Shown: positions 27,996 through 36,882 of the stretch, in pieces
Layout of the letters: each line of letters starts with the position of its first letter
Position numbering within the stretch: position 1 is the stretch's first letter
DNA from: an uncultured PS1 clade bacterium
GTDB taxonomy: Bacteria; Pseudomonadota; Alphaproteobacteria; MED-G09
Reading direction: 5' to 3'
DNA length: 64,000 bases
Assembly (NCBI GenBank): GCA_902608415.1
Contig: CACLNZ010000004.1
Span: 2,394 to 66,393 of the forward strand
Program-made: the position numbers and the translations under genes
Notes under the pieces: generated by a model
The model's input: only the letters and a program-made list of their open reading frames with translations
Told to the model about the DNA's origin: nothing
The model's database searches: none

Positions 27996-30194
27996 ATGAA
28001 ATTTAGAAATTATCTTTATATCTTTATTATAGTAATCGCTGGGGGTTATATATTTACACAAACAAACACAGGCAATAAAGAATTAGAAAATAAAAAAGAT
28101 GAAATTATTAAATCAGATATAGCAAATCCTATATTTGCAAACATTAACCAGGAAAGAATAATAAATGCAGATAATGAACCTGGTTCATGGTTATCGCATG
28201 GAAGAAATTACGAAGAGCAACGATACTCTCCTTTAGTTCAGATAAATAAAAACAATATAGACAATCTTGAATTAGCTTGGTCATTTGATATGAGCAGCAC
28301 TAGAGCTCTTGAATCAACACCAATAGTTGTTGACGGCATTATGTTTCTAACAAGTGAATGGAGTATTGTTTATGCGGTAGATGCAAAGACAGGTAATGAA
28401 GTTTGGTACTATGATCCCGAAGTTCCAAAAGATTGGGGTAGAAAAGCCTGTTGTGATGTTGTTAACAGAGGAGCAGCAGTTTGGAAAGGTTATGTATATT
28501 CTGCAACACTTGATGGTAGATTAATAAAGTTAGACGCTAAGACTGGCGAACTAGTATGGGAAATAGACACCCTTATAGATAGAGCAGGAGATTACACTAT
28601 TACTGGTGCTCCACGAATTGCCAATAATTTAATTTTTATTGGTAATGGTGGCGCGGAATATGGGGTAAGAGGTTATGTATCAGCTTTTGATGTTGATACA
28701 GGTAAATTGGCTTGGAGATTTTATACCGTACCTGGTGATCCTTCCCTACCCTTCGAACATCCAGAAATGGAACTTGCTGCTGAAACCTGGAAAGGTGGTG
28801 AATGGTGGAAAATTGGAGGCGGCGGTACCGTTTGGAATTCAATAGTTTATGACCCTGAATTTAATCAAGTATATATAGGTGTAGGTAACGGTACGCCTTG
28901 GACAAGAGTAATAAGATCACCTGGCGGTGGAGATAATTTATTTTTATCATCAATGATTGCCTTAGATGCAGATACCGGAAAGATGAATTGGCACTATCAA
29001 ACTACACCAGGGGATAATTGGGATTACACGGCTGTACAGGATATGATGTTAGCCGAAATTGAGATTGATGGTGACAAAAGAAAAGTTATTATGCAGGCTC
29101 CAAAAAATGGTTTCTTTTATGTTTTGGATAGAAAAAATGGTGAGCTCTTAAGGGCGCACAAATATGCAGAAGTAAATTGGGCCACTCATGTTGATATGGA
29201 AACTGGAAGACCTATAGAAAATAAAGATAAAGATTATCTAGAAGAAAAACAATGGATATTGCCTGGGGCTTTAGGTGGTCATAACTGGCAAGCTATGTCA
29301 TTTGATCCTGATCTGGGGTTAGTTTATATCCCTACTCAAATTGCACCAACTATATATAAAATGACTGAAGAATGGCAGAAAACAGGAAAACTAAAATACA
29401 AACCAAATTCATGGAATACAGGTGTTGAGTTAGGAAAGTATCTAGATTTAGCTTTAACGACTCCTGATGTACCTATTCCTACTGGTTCCTTACAGGCATT
29501 TGATCCAATAAGCGGTGAAACTAAATGGGAAGTCAAGTACCCCCAGCATTGGAATGGTGGTACTATGTCAACAAAATCTGGTATTACATTTCAAGGTAAT
29601 GGAATGGGTACTCTTAACGCCTATGATTCTTTTTCAGGTGAATTATTATGGTCAAAAGATATTCAGACAAGCATGTTAGCTCCTCCAATAACCTTTATGA
29701 TAGATGGAGAACAATATATTGCTATTTTAGCTGGAACTGGTGGAGGGAATAATCATGGTGGAGATACCCTAGGTTTTCATGCTGAGCATTTAGCATCATT
29801 AAAATATGGAAATGCTGGTAGATTATTAGCATTTAAATTAAATGGTGAACTAACTTTACCGAGATTAGATTTATTAGAAAAGATAATACCTGAGCAACCA
29901 CTTTTACAATCAACTGAATTTCAAATTTCAAGAGGAACGGAGCTCTATGGAGAATATTGTGCTTTTTGTCATGGTACAGCTGTAAGAGCAGGACCAGCTC
30001 TACCGGATTTACGCATGATGAATAACGATAGTCATGAATTATTTAAGGAAATAGTTTATGAAGGAATTTTAAGTGAAAATGGTATGTCATCTTTTTCTGA
30101 TGTTTTATCAGAAAATGATGTTGAAAGTATTTATCATTACATTGTAAAAACAGCTTCAACAGATAGACAAATTCAATTAGAGCAAAATAATTAG
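27996..30194 (+). CDS. PQQ-dependent quinohemoprotein alcohol dehydrogenase, paralog 1 (N-terminal TM anchor, C-terminal cytochrome c)
   Basis: 732 aa. 'WLSHGRNYEEQRYSPL', vicinal-Cys 'CCDVVNRG', 'GAPR', 'GGGTVWNS', catalytic region 'NWDYTAVQD', C-terminal 'CAFCHG' heme-c motif. Confidence 0.9.
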   Translation: MKFRNYLYIFIIVIAGGYIFTQTNTGNKELENKKDEIIKSDIANPIFANINQERIINADNEPGSWLSHGRNYEEQRYSPLVQINKNNIDNLELAWSFDMSSTRALESTPIVVDGIMFLTSEWSIVYAVDAKTGNEVWYYDPEVPKDWGRKACCDVVNRGAAVWKGYVYSATLDGRLIKLDAKTGELVWEIDTLIDRAGDYTITGAPRIANNLIFIGNGGAEYGVRGYVSAFDVDTGKLAWRFYTVPGDPSLPFEHPEMELAAETWKGGEWWKIGGGGTVWNSIVYDPEFNQVYIGVGNGTPWTRVIRSPGGGDNLFLSSMIALDADTGKMNWHYQTTPGDNWDYTAVQDMMLAEIEIDGDKRKVIMQAPKNGFFYVLDRKNGELLRAHKYAEVNWATHVDMETGRPIENKDKDYLEEKQWILPGALGGHNWQAMSFDPDLGLVYIPTQIAPTIYKMTEEWQKTGKLKYKPNSWNTGVELGKYLDLALTTPDVPIPTGSLQAFDPISGETKWEVKYPQHWNGGTMSTKSGITFQGNGMGTLNAYDSFSGELLWSKDIQTSMLAPPITFMIDGEQYIAILAGTGGGNNHGGDTLGFHAEHLASLKYGNAGRLLAFKLNGELTLPRLDLLEKIIPEQPLLQSTEFQISRGTELYGEYCAFCHGTAVRAGPALPDLRMMNNDSHELFKEIVYEGILSENGMSSFSDVLSENDVESIYHYIVKTASTDRQIQLEQNN

Positions 30195-30213
30195 AAAATT
30201 TTAGAGGTTTATT

Positions 30214-32439
30214 ATGGGACATCCAAGTTTAGGAAAAGGATCAGCTACTGCAATAAATATTATTGCAATACTAACCTTATGTTTACTTGTTTTATATAAG
30301 ATTGTTTTAACTGCTGAAAAAAATGTTGTTAAAGAAATTAACATCAATAAAGAAATATCACTTAAAAAAGATGAACTATACGGAAATATCAATACTCAAA
30401 GGATAATTAATTCTAATACTGAACCGCAGAACTGGCTTTCACATGGTAGAAATTATCATGAGCAACGTTACTCTCCACTTAATAAAATAAATACTGAAAC
30501 AGTCAAAAACTTGGAATTGGAGTGGTCATTAGATATGGGCACAACTCGAGGTCTCGAAGCAACACCTATAGTAGATAATGGAATAATGTTTGTGTCCAGC
30601 ACCTGGAGTGTTGTTCATGCAGTTGATGCTAGAACTGGTGAAGAATTATGGGTTTATGATCCAAATGTTCCAAGAAGTTGGGCGCGTAAAGTCTGCTGTG
30701 ATGTTGTTAATAGAGGTGTCGCTGTATGGAAAGGTAAAGTATATTTTGGAACTATTGATGGGCGCCTTATTAGTTTAGATGCAAAAACAGGAGAGCTATT
30801 TTGGGAAATAAATACACTCATTGATACGGATAAAGATTACACTATTACTGGCGCACCAAGGGTAGCAAATGGTTTGGTTTATATTGGAAATGGCGGTGCT
30901 GATATGGGCGGAGTTAGAGGTTATGTATCAGCTTACAATATAAATGATGGTAGTTTAGAATGGCGCTTTTTTACTGTTCCTGGCGATCCATCATTACCAT
31001 TCGAGCACCCTGAACTAGAAATGGCAGCTAAAACTTGGACAGGGCAATGGTGGACAATGGGTGGTGGTGGAACTGTATGGAATTCAATAGTCTATGATCC
31101 CGAATTTAATCAATTATATATTGGGACAGGTAACGGCTCTCCCTGGAATCAACAAATAAGATCTCCTGAGGGTGGTGACAATTTATTCCTTTCTTCGATT
31201 GTCGCATTAGATGCTGATACTGGTAAAATGAATTGGTATTATCAAACAACACCTGAGGAAAGGTGGGATTATACAGCTACCCAAGATATTATGCTGGCTG
31301 ATCTTGAGATTGATGGCATAGACAAAAAAGTCTTAATGCAAGCGCCAAAAAATGGTTTCTTTTATGTTTTGGATAGAAAAAATGGTGAACTTCTCAGGGC
31401 TAATAACTACGTAAGGACAAATTGGGCTAGCCATGTTGATCTAGAAACAGGAAGGCCTGTTCTTAATCCTGACAAAGACTACTATGAAAAAGCAGTTTGG
31501 ATGTTACCTGGAACTTATGGAGGTCATGGCTGGCAAGCAATGTCTTACGACCCAAAACAAAAAATAGTTTTCATACCAATTATGGAAATTGCAGCAGTTC
31601 ATAAAGTAAAGGATTCATTTGCAGAAACTGGCTTATTTAAAATGCAACCTGGAACAATAAATACTGGCACTGAATTTAATTTATTCCAAACAGTTCCAGA
31701 TATGTCTGATGGCGAGAGTATTCCTCCTATTACAGGTGAGCTTATTGCCTTTGATCCTTTAACTGGTGAAACTAAATGGAAAGTAAAACATGAACAATTT
31801 TGGAATGGAGGCCCTCTTACAACTGCAGGAAATTTAGTTTTTCAGGGTAATGGTTCAGGTTTTTTTGAAGCTTATAACGCAGAAAATGGTGAATTACTAT
31901 GGTCAAGAAATACATGGATAGGAATCATGGCACCTCCAGTTACATATATGATTGATGGACAACAATATATTAGTATTTTAGCTGGTGATGGAGGTGCAAG
32001 TAATTTTCTTGGAGATAATTTTGGTGAATGGGAAGGCAAAGTCGCATCAATAAAATATGGTAATTATGGCAAACTATTAACATTTAAGTTAGGTGGAAAA
32101 TCTAAAATTGAGGCATTACCTGAGAGAGATCTGACAATTCCTCAGCAACCAACATTAAATGCTAGTCTTGAGAATATAAATGCTGGTTTGGATATTTATG
32201 CAAATTACTGTGCTATTTGTCATGGAAGCGGTGTTCATGGAAAAACTATTTCTGATTTAAGATATATGAGTGAAAGTACCCATGAAAACTTCAAAAATAT
32301 AGTTTTTGATGGAATGCTAGAGGACAATGGCATGAAGGGTTTTTCAGATATATTAACGGAACAGAATGTATTTGAGGTTCACTCTTACATTGTCGATGTA
32401 GCAACAAGAGAAAGAAAAAATCAATTAAATAAAAACTAA
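30214..32439 (+). CDS. PQQ-dependent quinohemoprotein alcohol dehydrogenase, paralog 2
   Basis: 741 aa, colinear with paralog 1. 'CCDVVNRG', 'RWDYTATQD', 'CAICHG'. N-terminal hydrophobic anchor 'INIIAILTLCLLVLY'. Confidence 0.9.
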   Translation: MGHPSLGKGSATAINIIAILTLCLLVLYKIVLTAEKNVVKEININKEISLKKDELYGNINTQRIINSNTEPQNWLSHGRNYHEQRYSPLNKINTETVKNLELEWSLDMGTTRGLEATPIVDNGIMFVSSTWSVVHAVDARTGEELWVYDPNVPRSWARKVCCDVVNRGVAVWKGKVYFGTIDGRLISLDAKTGELFWEINTLIDTDKDYTITGAPRVANGLVYIGNGGADMGGVRGYVSAYNINDGSLEWRFFTVPGDPSLPFEHPELEMAAKTWTGQWWTMGGGGTVWNSIVYDPEFNQLYIGTGNGSPWNQQIRSPEGGDNLFLSSIVALDADTGKMNWYYQTTPEERWDYTATQDIMLADLEIDGIDKKVLMQAPKNGFFYVLDRKNGELLRANNYVRTNWASHVDLETGRPVLNPDKDYYEKAVWMLPGTYGGHGWQAMSYDPKQKIVFIPIMEIAAVHKVKDSFAETGLFKMQPGTINTGTEFNLFQTVPDMSDGESIPPITGELIAFDPLTGETKWKVKHEQFWNGGPLTTAGNLVFQGNGSGFFEAYNAENGELLWSRNTWIGIMAPPVTYMIDGQQYISILAGDGGASNFLGDNFGEWEGKVASIKYGNYGKLLTFKLGGKSKIEALPERDLTIPQQPTLNASLENINAGLDIYANYCAICHGSGVHGKTISDLRYMSESTHENFKNIVFDGMLEDNGMKGFSDILTEQNVFEVHSYIVDVATRERKNQLNKN

Positions 32440-32984
32440 TCTTTAGAAGGCAATCTTGTTATTGGTGGATCTATTAACTCGAGTATCCATTCATCATCAA
32501 CAGAATAATATATATTCCCTTCTTTAAATTTTTCCTCGAGACCGGTTTCATTTAAATTATCTAATTCTTCAGTATCTACTTTTTCAAATTTATAAATTTG
32601 GTATTTCTCTGCATCTGAAAATGCTTCACAATATCTTCTATCATAAGGAAATTCACTAATCTCAGGGACAACATTAAAGTTATCACCCTCTTCTTTTCGA
32701 TAAATGACGAACATTTTACCTAATGTATTTTCAATCTTATTTGGTTCAATACAATCATGAGCTATATAAATAAATCTATCTCCTTCAACAAACTTTAATT
32801 TTGTTATTCTTGGTTTACCAAGCATTTGATCTATCAAGTTGTAAGATAGAATAAATAAGAAAAATGCAATAAAAATTAAACACAATTTAAAGGCTATAGA
32901 GAAACGAGTATAAAAAACAAACAGCAACAAGAATGAAAAAGATAGAGCAAAAAGAACAGCTACTGTAATTGAATCCGGATTCAT
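32436..32984 (-). CDS. Hypothetical 2-TM membrane protein (third gene of the MotA/ExbB-like module)
   Basis: 182 aa. Two N-terminal TM segments, then an acidic soluble domain of about 125 aa with 2 Cys. Its ATG overlaps the upstream stop (TAATG-type coupling). Confidence 0.6.
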   Translation of the reverse strand: MNPDSITVAVLFALSFSFLLLFVFYTRFSIAFKLCLIFIAFFLFILSYNLIDQMLGKPRITKLKFVEGDRFIYIAHDCIEPNKIENTLGKMFVIYRKEEGDNFNVVPEISEFPYDRRYCEAFSDAEKYQIYKFEKVDTEELDNLNETGLEEKFKEGNIYYSVDDEWILELIDPPITRLPSKD

Positions 32985-33631
32985 TATTTAAGGATTCCGC
33001 TTTTAGTAATTAAAAGTTTTTCTATGAAGCTTAAATCTTCAACATTACCTTTATCATCAAGAAAAAGGCGCACGGCAGTCAATTCATGTCCTGTTTTTGT
33101 CAAAAAGTGATCTCCAAAATATATAGTTTGCACTGTTGGGTTAATTTTTTCAATTTTAACCCTAGTTTTTAATGGAGTTACAAGATGTGCCTTATAATGT
33201 AAGAGATTCACAATATATTCACCGCCCATAATACCTCTAATTGTTACAATTTCTTGATTTGTGGGGTTTTCAATATTTTTTCCATCAATCGTTATTCTAT
33301 CGGCAAGCGTACCCCTATCATCTCTTTCAAGATGCATTAATCCGTCTTCTTTGTTTTGAAAATAAACAACATTACCTTTTGGATCTTCAACTATTAAATC
33401 AACATCATCAGGATTATGATCTTCCCATTCAACCGAAATTATAAATTCTGCTTTTGACTCAATATTTCCATCTTCTAAAGGTTTTTGTATTAGAGCAAAT
33501 GAAATAAAAAACATAAAAGCAAAACCCAAAAGCGCATTAAATAATAAATCAGTAAATGCGTCTCCGCTGCTATCATCATTAAAAATTACTTTATCTCTCA
33601 AGTTATTCTTCCGTATAAAAAGATAATTCAT
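32984..33631 (-). CDS. Single-TM protein with MotB/ExbD/TolR-like Asp-containing anchor and non-canonical beta-rich periplasmic domain
   Basis: 215 aa. The 'DAFTDLLFNALLGFAFMFFISFALI' TM carries an Asp at its cytoplasmic edge. The C-domain 'ISVEWEDHNPDDVDLIVEDPKGNVVYF...GGEYIVNLLHY' resembles the DUF2135/YfaP-type pattern from memory (unverified). An alternative TTG start at 33601 begins 1 nt after the upstream stop. Confidence 0.6.
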   Translation of the reverse strand: MNYLFIRKNNLRDKVIFNDDSSGDAFTDLLFNALLGFAFMFFISFALIQKPLEDGNIESKAEFIISVEWEDHNPDDVDLIVEDPKGNVVYFQNKEDGLMHLERDDRGTLADRITIDGKNIENPTNQEIVTIRGIMGGEYIVNLLHYKAHLVTPLKTRVKIEKINPTVQTIYFGDHFLTKTGHELTAVRLFLDDKGNVEDLSFIEKLLITKSGILK

Positions 33632-34226
33632 TAATTAGCGTTGCAACATTTGCAGATGCTATTTGAAATTCAAGTCGAATAAGAATGCTTGAAATTAAAC
33701 CAGTTAATGTTGTGTATAAAGCTACAGCCATTCCAGAGCTCATCGCAGATAATGCTAATTTTAATTCTTCTGGGCTTGTATTGTTAAGCTCTGAGATAGG
33801 TTGCAGCATTAGAATAAAACCAATCACTGTCCCTAATAAACCTAATTTTAAAGATATGTCTGCAGCCATCCATCCATAACTTAGTTTTTTTGCATATTCT
33901 GCTTCAAAAATTCTTAACAATAACTCTTTGTCTTCTCCCTGCTTAAGTGAGCGTATATATTTATTAATGGATAAAATTTTTTTTGATTTAGCGCTATTAA
34001 CGAGAATGGATTTTTCTAAATAAATGTTTCGAGAAATATAAATCCAATAGACTGATACTATTACCCAAAGAATTAATATTGCTTTAGATATATGGCTTTT
34101 ATCGCCCTCTAAAACAATAGCCACCAACCCTTGGTCATTGAGAACCCAGAAACCGAAAAGAATTAAAACCAAAAGAAGAAGAGATCGAAGTAAACCTGTC
34201 GATTTTGGTTGTTCAAAATTTGTCAT
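33603..34226 (-). CDS. Miniature MotA/TolQ/ExbB-family proton-channel protein (4 TM, 207 aa)
   Basis: C-terminal half 'LKLGLLGTVIGFILML ... ALSAMSSGMAVALYTTLTGLISSILI' matches the MotA_ExbB signature (GLLGTV.G ... A..TT..GL). Confidence 0.75.
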   Translation of the reverse strand: MTNFEQPKSTGLLRSLLLLVLILFGFWVLNDQGLVAIVLEGDKSHISKAILILWVIVSVYWIYISRNIYLEKSILVNSAKSKKILSINKYIRSLKQGEDKELLLRIFEAEYAKKLSYGWMAADISLKLGLLGTVIGFILMLQPISELNNTSPEELKLALSAMSSGMAVALYTTLTGLISSILIRLEFQIASANVATLINELSFYTEE

Positions 34227-34334
34227 TGCTTATCTTGCCTTTATTGAAAATTTATAGCTAATTATAAACCTTATTAACTAATTATCGCGAATAATGTATA
34301 AAATTGCTAATATAATGCAACAGAGGTTTTAAAA

Positions 34335-35663
34335 ATGGAAGAAAAGACTCTTATACAGAATGGAGTTATCATTGATGGAACTGGTACAAAACCCAAAAAA
34401 GAGTCCATACTTGTTGATAACTGTAGCATTAAAGCAACAGGTAAAGATGCAGATAAACTTGCTGACTCTAATGATGTCATCAAAATAGATGCCTCCGGTA
34501 AAACAATAATGCCAGGTCTTATTGACGCACATATACATGTGACTTTTGATGAACCATCATCAAATGATGAATTATTTTTTCATAGAAGAGAAGCTTTATC
34601 AGCTATTATAGCAGCATATAATGCAAAAAAAGTTCTTTATGCAGGAGTTACTGGTTTTTGTGATCCAGATAGCCTTCATAGTATCGGTGTTGATTTAAGA
34701 GATGCAATCAAAAGTGGTTATGTAGAGGGACCAAGAATGTCTGTTGGCGGAAATGCATTATTAACATCTGTTGGTGGAACAGCTGGAAGATTAATTCCTG
34801 ATGAGGGTTTAAGAGGCTACGCAAAGATTGTTCAAAATAAAGATGAGATTGTAACTGAGGTTAGAAGACAAATTAAAAATGGAGTCGATTGGATTAAAAT
34901 TCATGTTACAGGTTTAATCCCTAATCAAAAAGAAGAAGGTGAAATTTCCGTCTGGTCATTTGAAGAACTTAAGTTAGTTTGCGATTTAGCTCATGATTTA
35001 GGAACACCAGTAGTCGGGCATGTTAGAAATGCAAAAGGCGTTAAAGACTGTATAAAAGCGGGCATGGATATGATTTTACATGCCACTTTTATGGACGAAG
35101 AGGCAATTGACTTAGTTTGCGAGACAAAAACACCAATTGTGCCTACTTTCACATTTCAAGCAAATCTTGCTGATTTTGGCGAAGCAATAGGTGCTTCAGA
35201 AGATTATCGCCAAATCTTTAAAAAAGAAATCGATGATAACGCAGAAATATTTAAAAAAATACATGATGCTGGAGTACCTCTTCTTTGTGGAACAGAAAGT
35301 GGTTTTTCAATTACTCCTTATGGAGAATGGCACTATAGAGAGTTAGAGGTATTTATTAAAGATATTGGCATGACAAATCTAGAGGCGATCACTTGCGCTA
35401 CAAAGAATGCCGCTAAATCAATTAAGATGGAAAATAAAGTCGGAACTATTGAAAAAGGAATGTTAGCAGATATTCTTGTTGTTGATGGTGACCCACTTAA
35501 AGACATTACAGTCTTAGGTGACAAAACAAAATTATCTCACATTTTCTTAAATGGTAAAGAAATAAAAAGAGAAGAAGAAATTAAAGATATTACACCACCT
35601 CAAGGATGGCGATTATCACCCTATTCTGATGGAATTTTAACTCAGGAACTTGCTAAAAAATAA
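34335..35663 (+). CDS. Metal-dependent amidohydrolase
   Basis: 442 aa. 'GKTIMPGLIDAHIHV' metal-binding H-x-H motif, 'KIHVTG', 'GHVR', 'ILHATF', and 'GMLADILVVDGDPL' C-terminal barrel-closing motif. Confidence 0.8.
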   Translation: MEEKTLIQNGVIIDGTGTKPKKESILVDNCSIKATGKDADKLADSNDVIKIDASGKTIMPGLIDAHIHVTFDEPSSNDELFFHRREALSAIIAAYNAKKVLYAGVTGFCDPDSLHSIGVDLRDAIKSGYVEGPRMSVGGNALLTSVGGTAGRLIPDEGLRGYAKIVQNKDEIVTEVRRQIKNGVDWIKIHVTGLIPNQKEEGEISVWSFEELKLVCDLAHDLGTPVVGHVRNAKGVKDCIKAGMDMILHATFMDEEAIDLVCETKTPIVPTFTFQANLADFGEAIGASEDYRQIFKKEIDDNAEIFKKIHDAGVPLLCGTESGFSITPYGEWHYRELEVFIKDIGMTNLEAITCATKNAAKSIKMENKVGTIEKGMLADILVVDGDPLKDITVLGDKTKLSHIFLNGKEIKREEEIKDITPPQGWRLSPYSDGILTQELAKK

Positions 35664-35665
35664 AA

Positions 35666-36871
35666 ATGAAAGAATTTAACTTCACTAAATACGAAGATGC
35701 TATCAAGATCTATCGGGAAAAAAATCTCAAGCAAGCCCTATATGATGAGGGTGAAATTATTATGGATCAGGTTTTAGTTTGTCTGCATGGAGATGATCAT
35801 AGAAAAAGAAGAAAAGTTGAAAATAAAGTTTTTTCTCGTGAAACCTTCAGACTTTATGAAACCGATATTTATCCAGTAACATTAGATCAAACTATTCAAC
35901 CTTTTTTAAAAAAAGGTAAAATGGATCTAGTAGATTTTGGTTTCAGAGTTTTATTAAACCTAACAGCAGATTTTTCTGGTGTAGATAGGCCTGAAAAATC
36001 CCCTGAAGAAACTGAAACACTAATAAAGTTATTAAAAATATTTGCTTCTGGAGCTACTTTAGCACATTCAACTCGGGATAGAGATGAAGTGAAAGAAGAA
36101 ATTAAAGTTGCTCTTAAAGAATTTGAAAGTAAATTTCTTGGTCCTTCAATAAAAAGGCGTGAGGAATTAATTAAAAATTCGAATGAAAATGAATTACCGA
36201 CAGGAGTTCTTATTAATCGCCAAGATATACTTACAGCATTATTGAATAATCAGGACGAATTAAAGTTACCATATGATGTTTTGATGAGAGAAATAGCGTT
36301 TTACTTGCTTGCAGGTGCTCAGACATCTATTCATTCTTTAGTTCATACCTTTCATGAAATTACTAAGTGGGTTGAAAAAAATCCAGATAAGAAAAAAAAT
36401 ATATATGATCCAATATTTGTTCAAAAGGCAGTTCATGAAAGCACAAGACTTCATCCATCAAGCCCAGTTGCTTGGAGAAAACCAACATGTCCGGTTCACC
36501 TCCCAACTAATGAAGAGGCAAAGGAAGGAGATAAGGTTATTATTGATTTATATGCCTGTAATAGGGATGAGGAAATGTTTGGCGAAGATGCTAAAGAATT
36601 CAATCCAAATAGGAAGGCCCCAAGTGGACAAAATGTATATGGTCTATCTTTTGGATTGGGCATGCACTCCTGCATTGGTAGAAATCTTGCGGCAGGTGTG
36701 GTTCCAAAAGAAGATACAGATCCTAATGACCATCATTACGGAACAGTCGCCTTAATTTTAAATAAATTATTTGAGTACAATGCACAACCTGACCCCGACA
36801 ATGCTCCAAAAATGGATGAGAAAACAAAAAGGCCAAATTGGGGATATTATCCGATAATTTTTGATGTTTAG
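35666..36871 (+). CDS. Cytochrome P450, paralog 1
   Basis: 401 aa. EXXR 'HESTRLHP', Cys-ligand loop 'FGLGMHSCIGRNLA', I-helix 'LLAGAQTSIHS'. Starts 3 nt after the amidohydrolase stop. Confidence 0.9.
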   Translation: MKEFNFTKYEDAIKIYREKNLKQALYDEGEIIMDQVLVCLHGDDHRKRRKVENKVFSRETFRLYETDIYPVTLDQTIQPFLKKGKMDLVDFGFRVLLNLTADFSGVDRPEKSPEETETLIKLLKIFASGATLAHSTRDRDEVKEEIKVALKEFESKFLGPSIKRREELIKNSNENELPTGVLINRQDILTALLNNQDELKLPYDVLMREIAFYLLAGAQTSIHSLVHTFHEITKWVEKNPDKKKNIYDPIFVQKAVHESTRLHPSSPVAWRKPTCPVHLPTNEEAKEGDKVIIDLYACNRDEEMFGEDAKEFNPNRKAPSGQNVYGLSFGLGMHSCIGRNLAAGVVPKEDTDPNDHHYGTVALILNKLFEYNAQPDPDNAPKMDEKTKRPNWGYYPIIFDV

Positions 36872-36882
36872 AAGGTTTAAAT

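Noticed and set aside
27996-32439. Calling the PQQ enzymes lanthanide-dependent XoxF-type methanol dehydrogenases.
   Set aside because: Both carry a C-terminal heme-c domain (quinohemoprotein ADH architecture). Both read D-Y-T rather than D-Y-D at the lanthanide-coordinating position.
32436-34226. Interpreting the MotA-like module as a Zorya-type anti-phage system, or gene 3 as TonB/TolA.
   Set aside because: ZorA/ZorB are much larger and come with nuclease or helicase effectors, and none is present here. Gene 3 has two TM segments, no Pro-rich spacer and no TonB C-terminal-like sequence. The defence and TonB labels are therefore unsupported.
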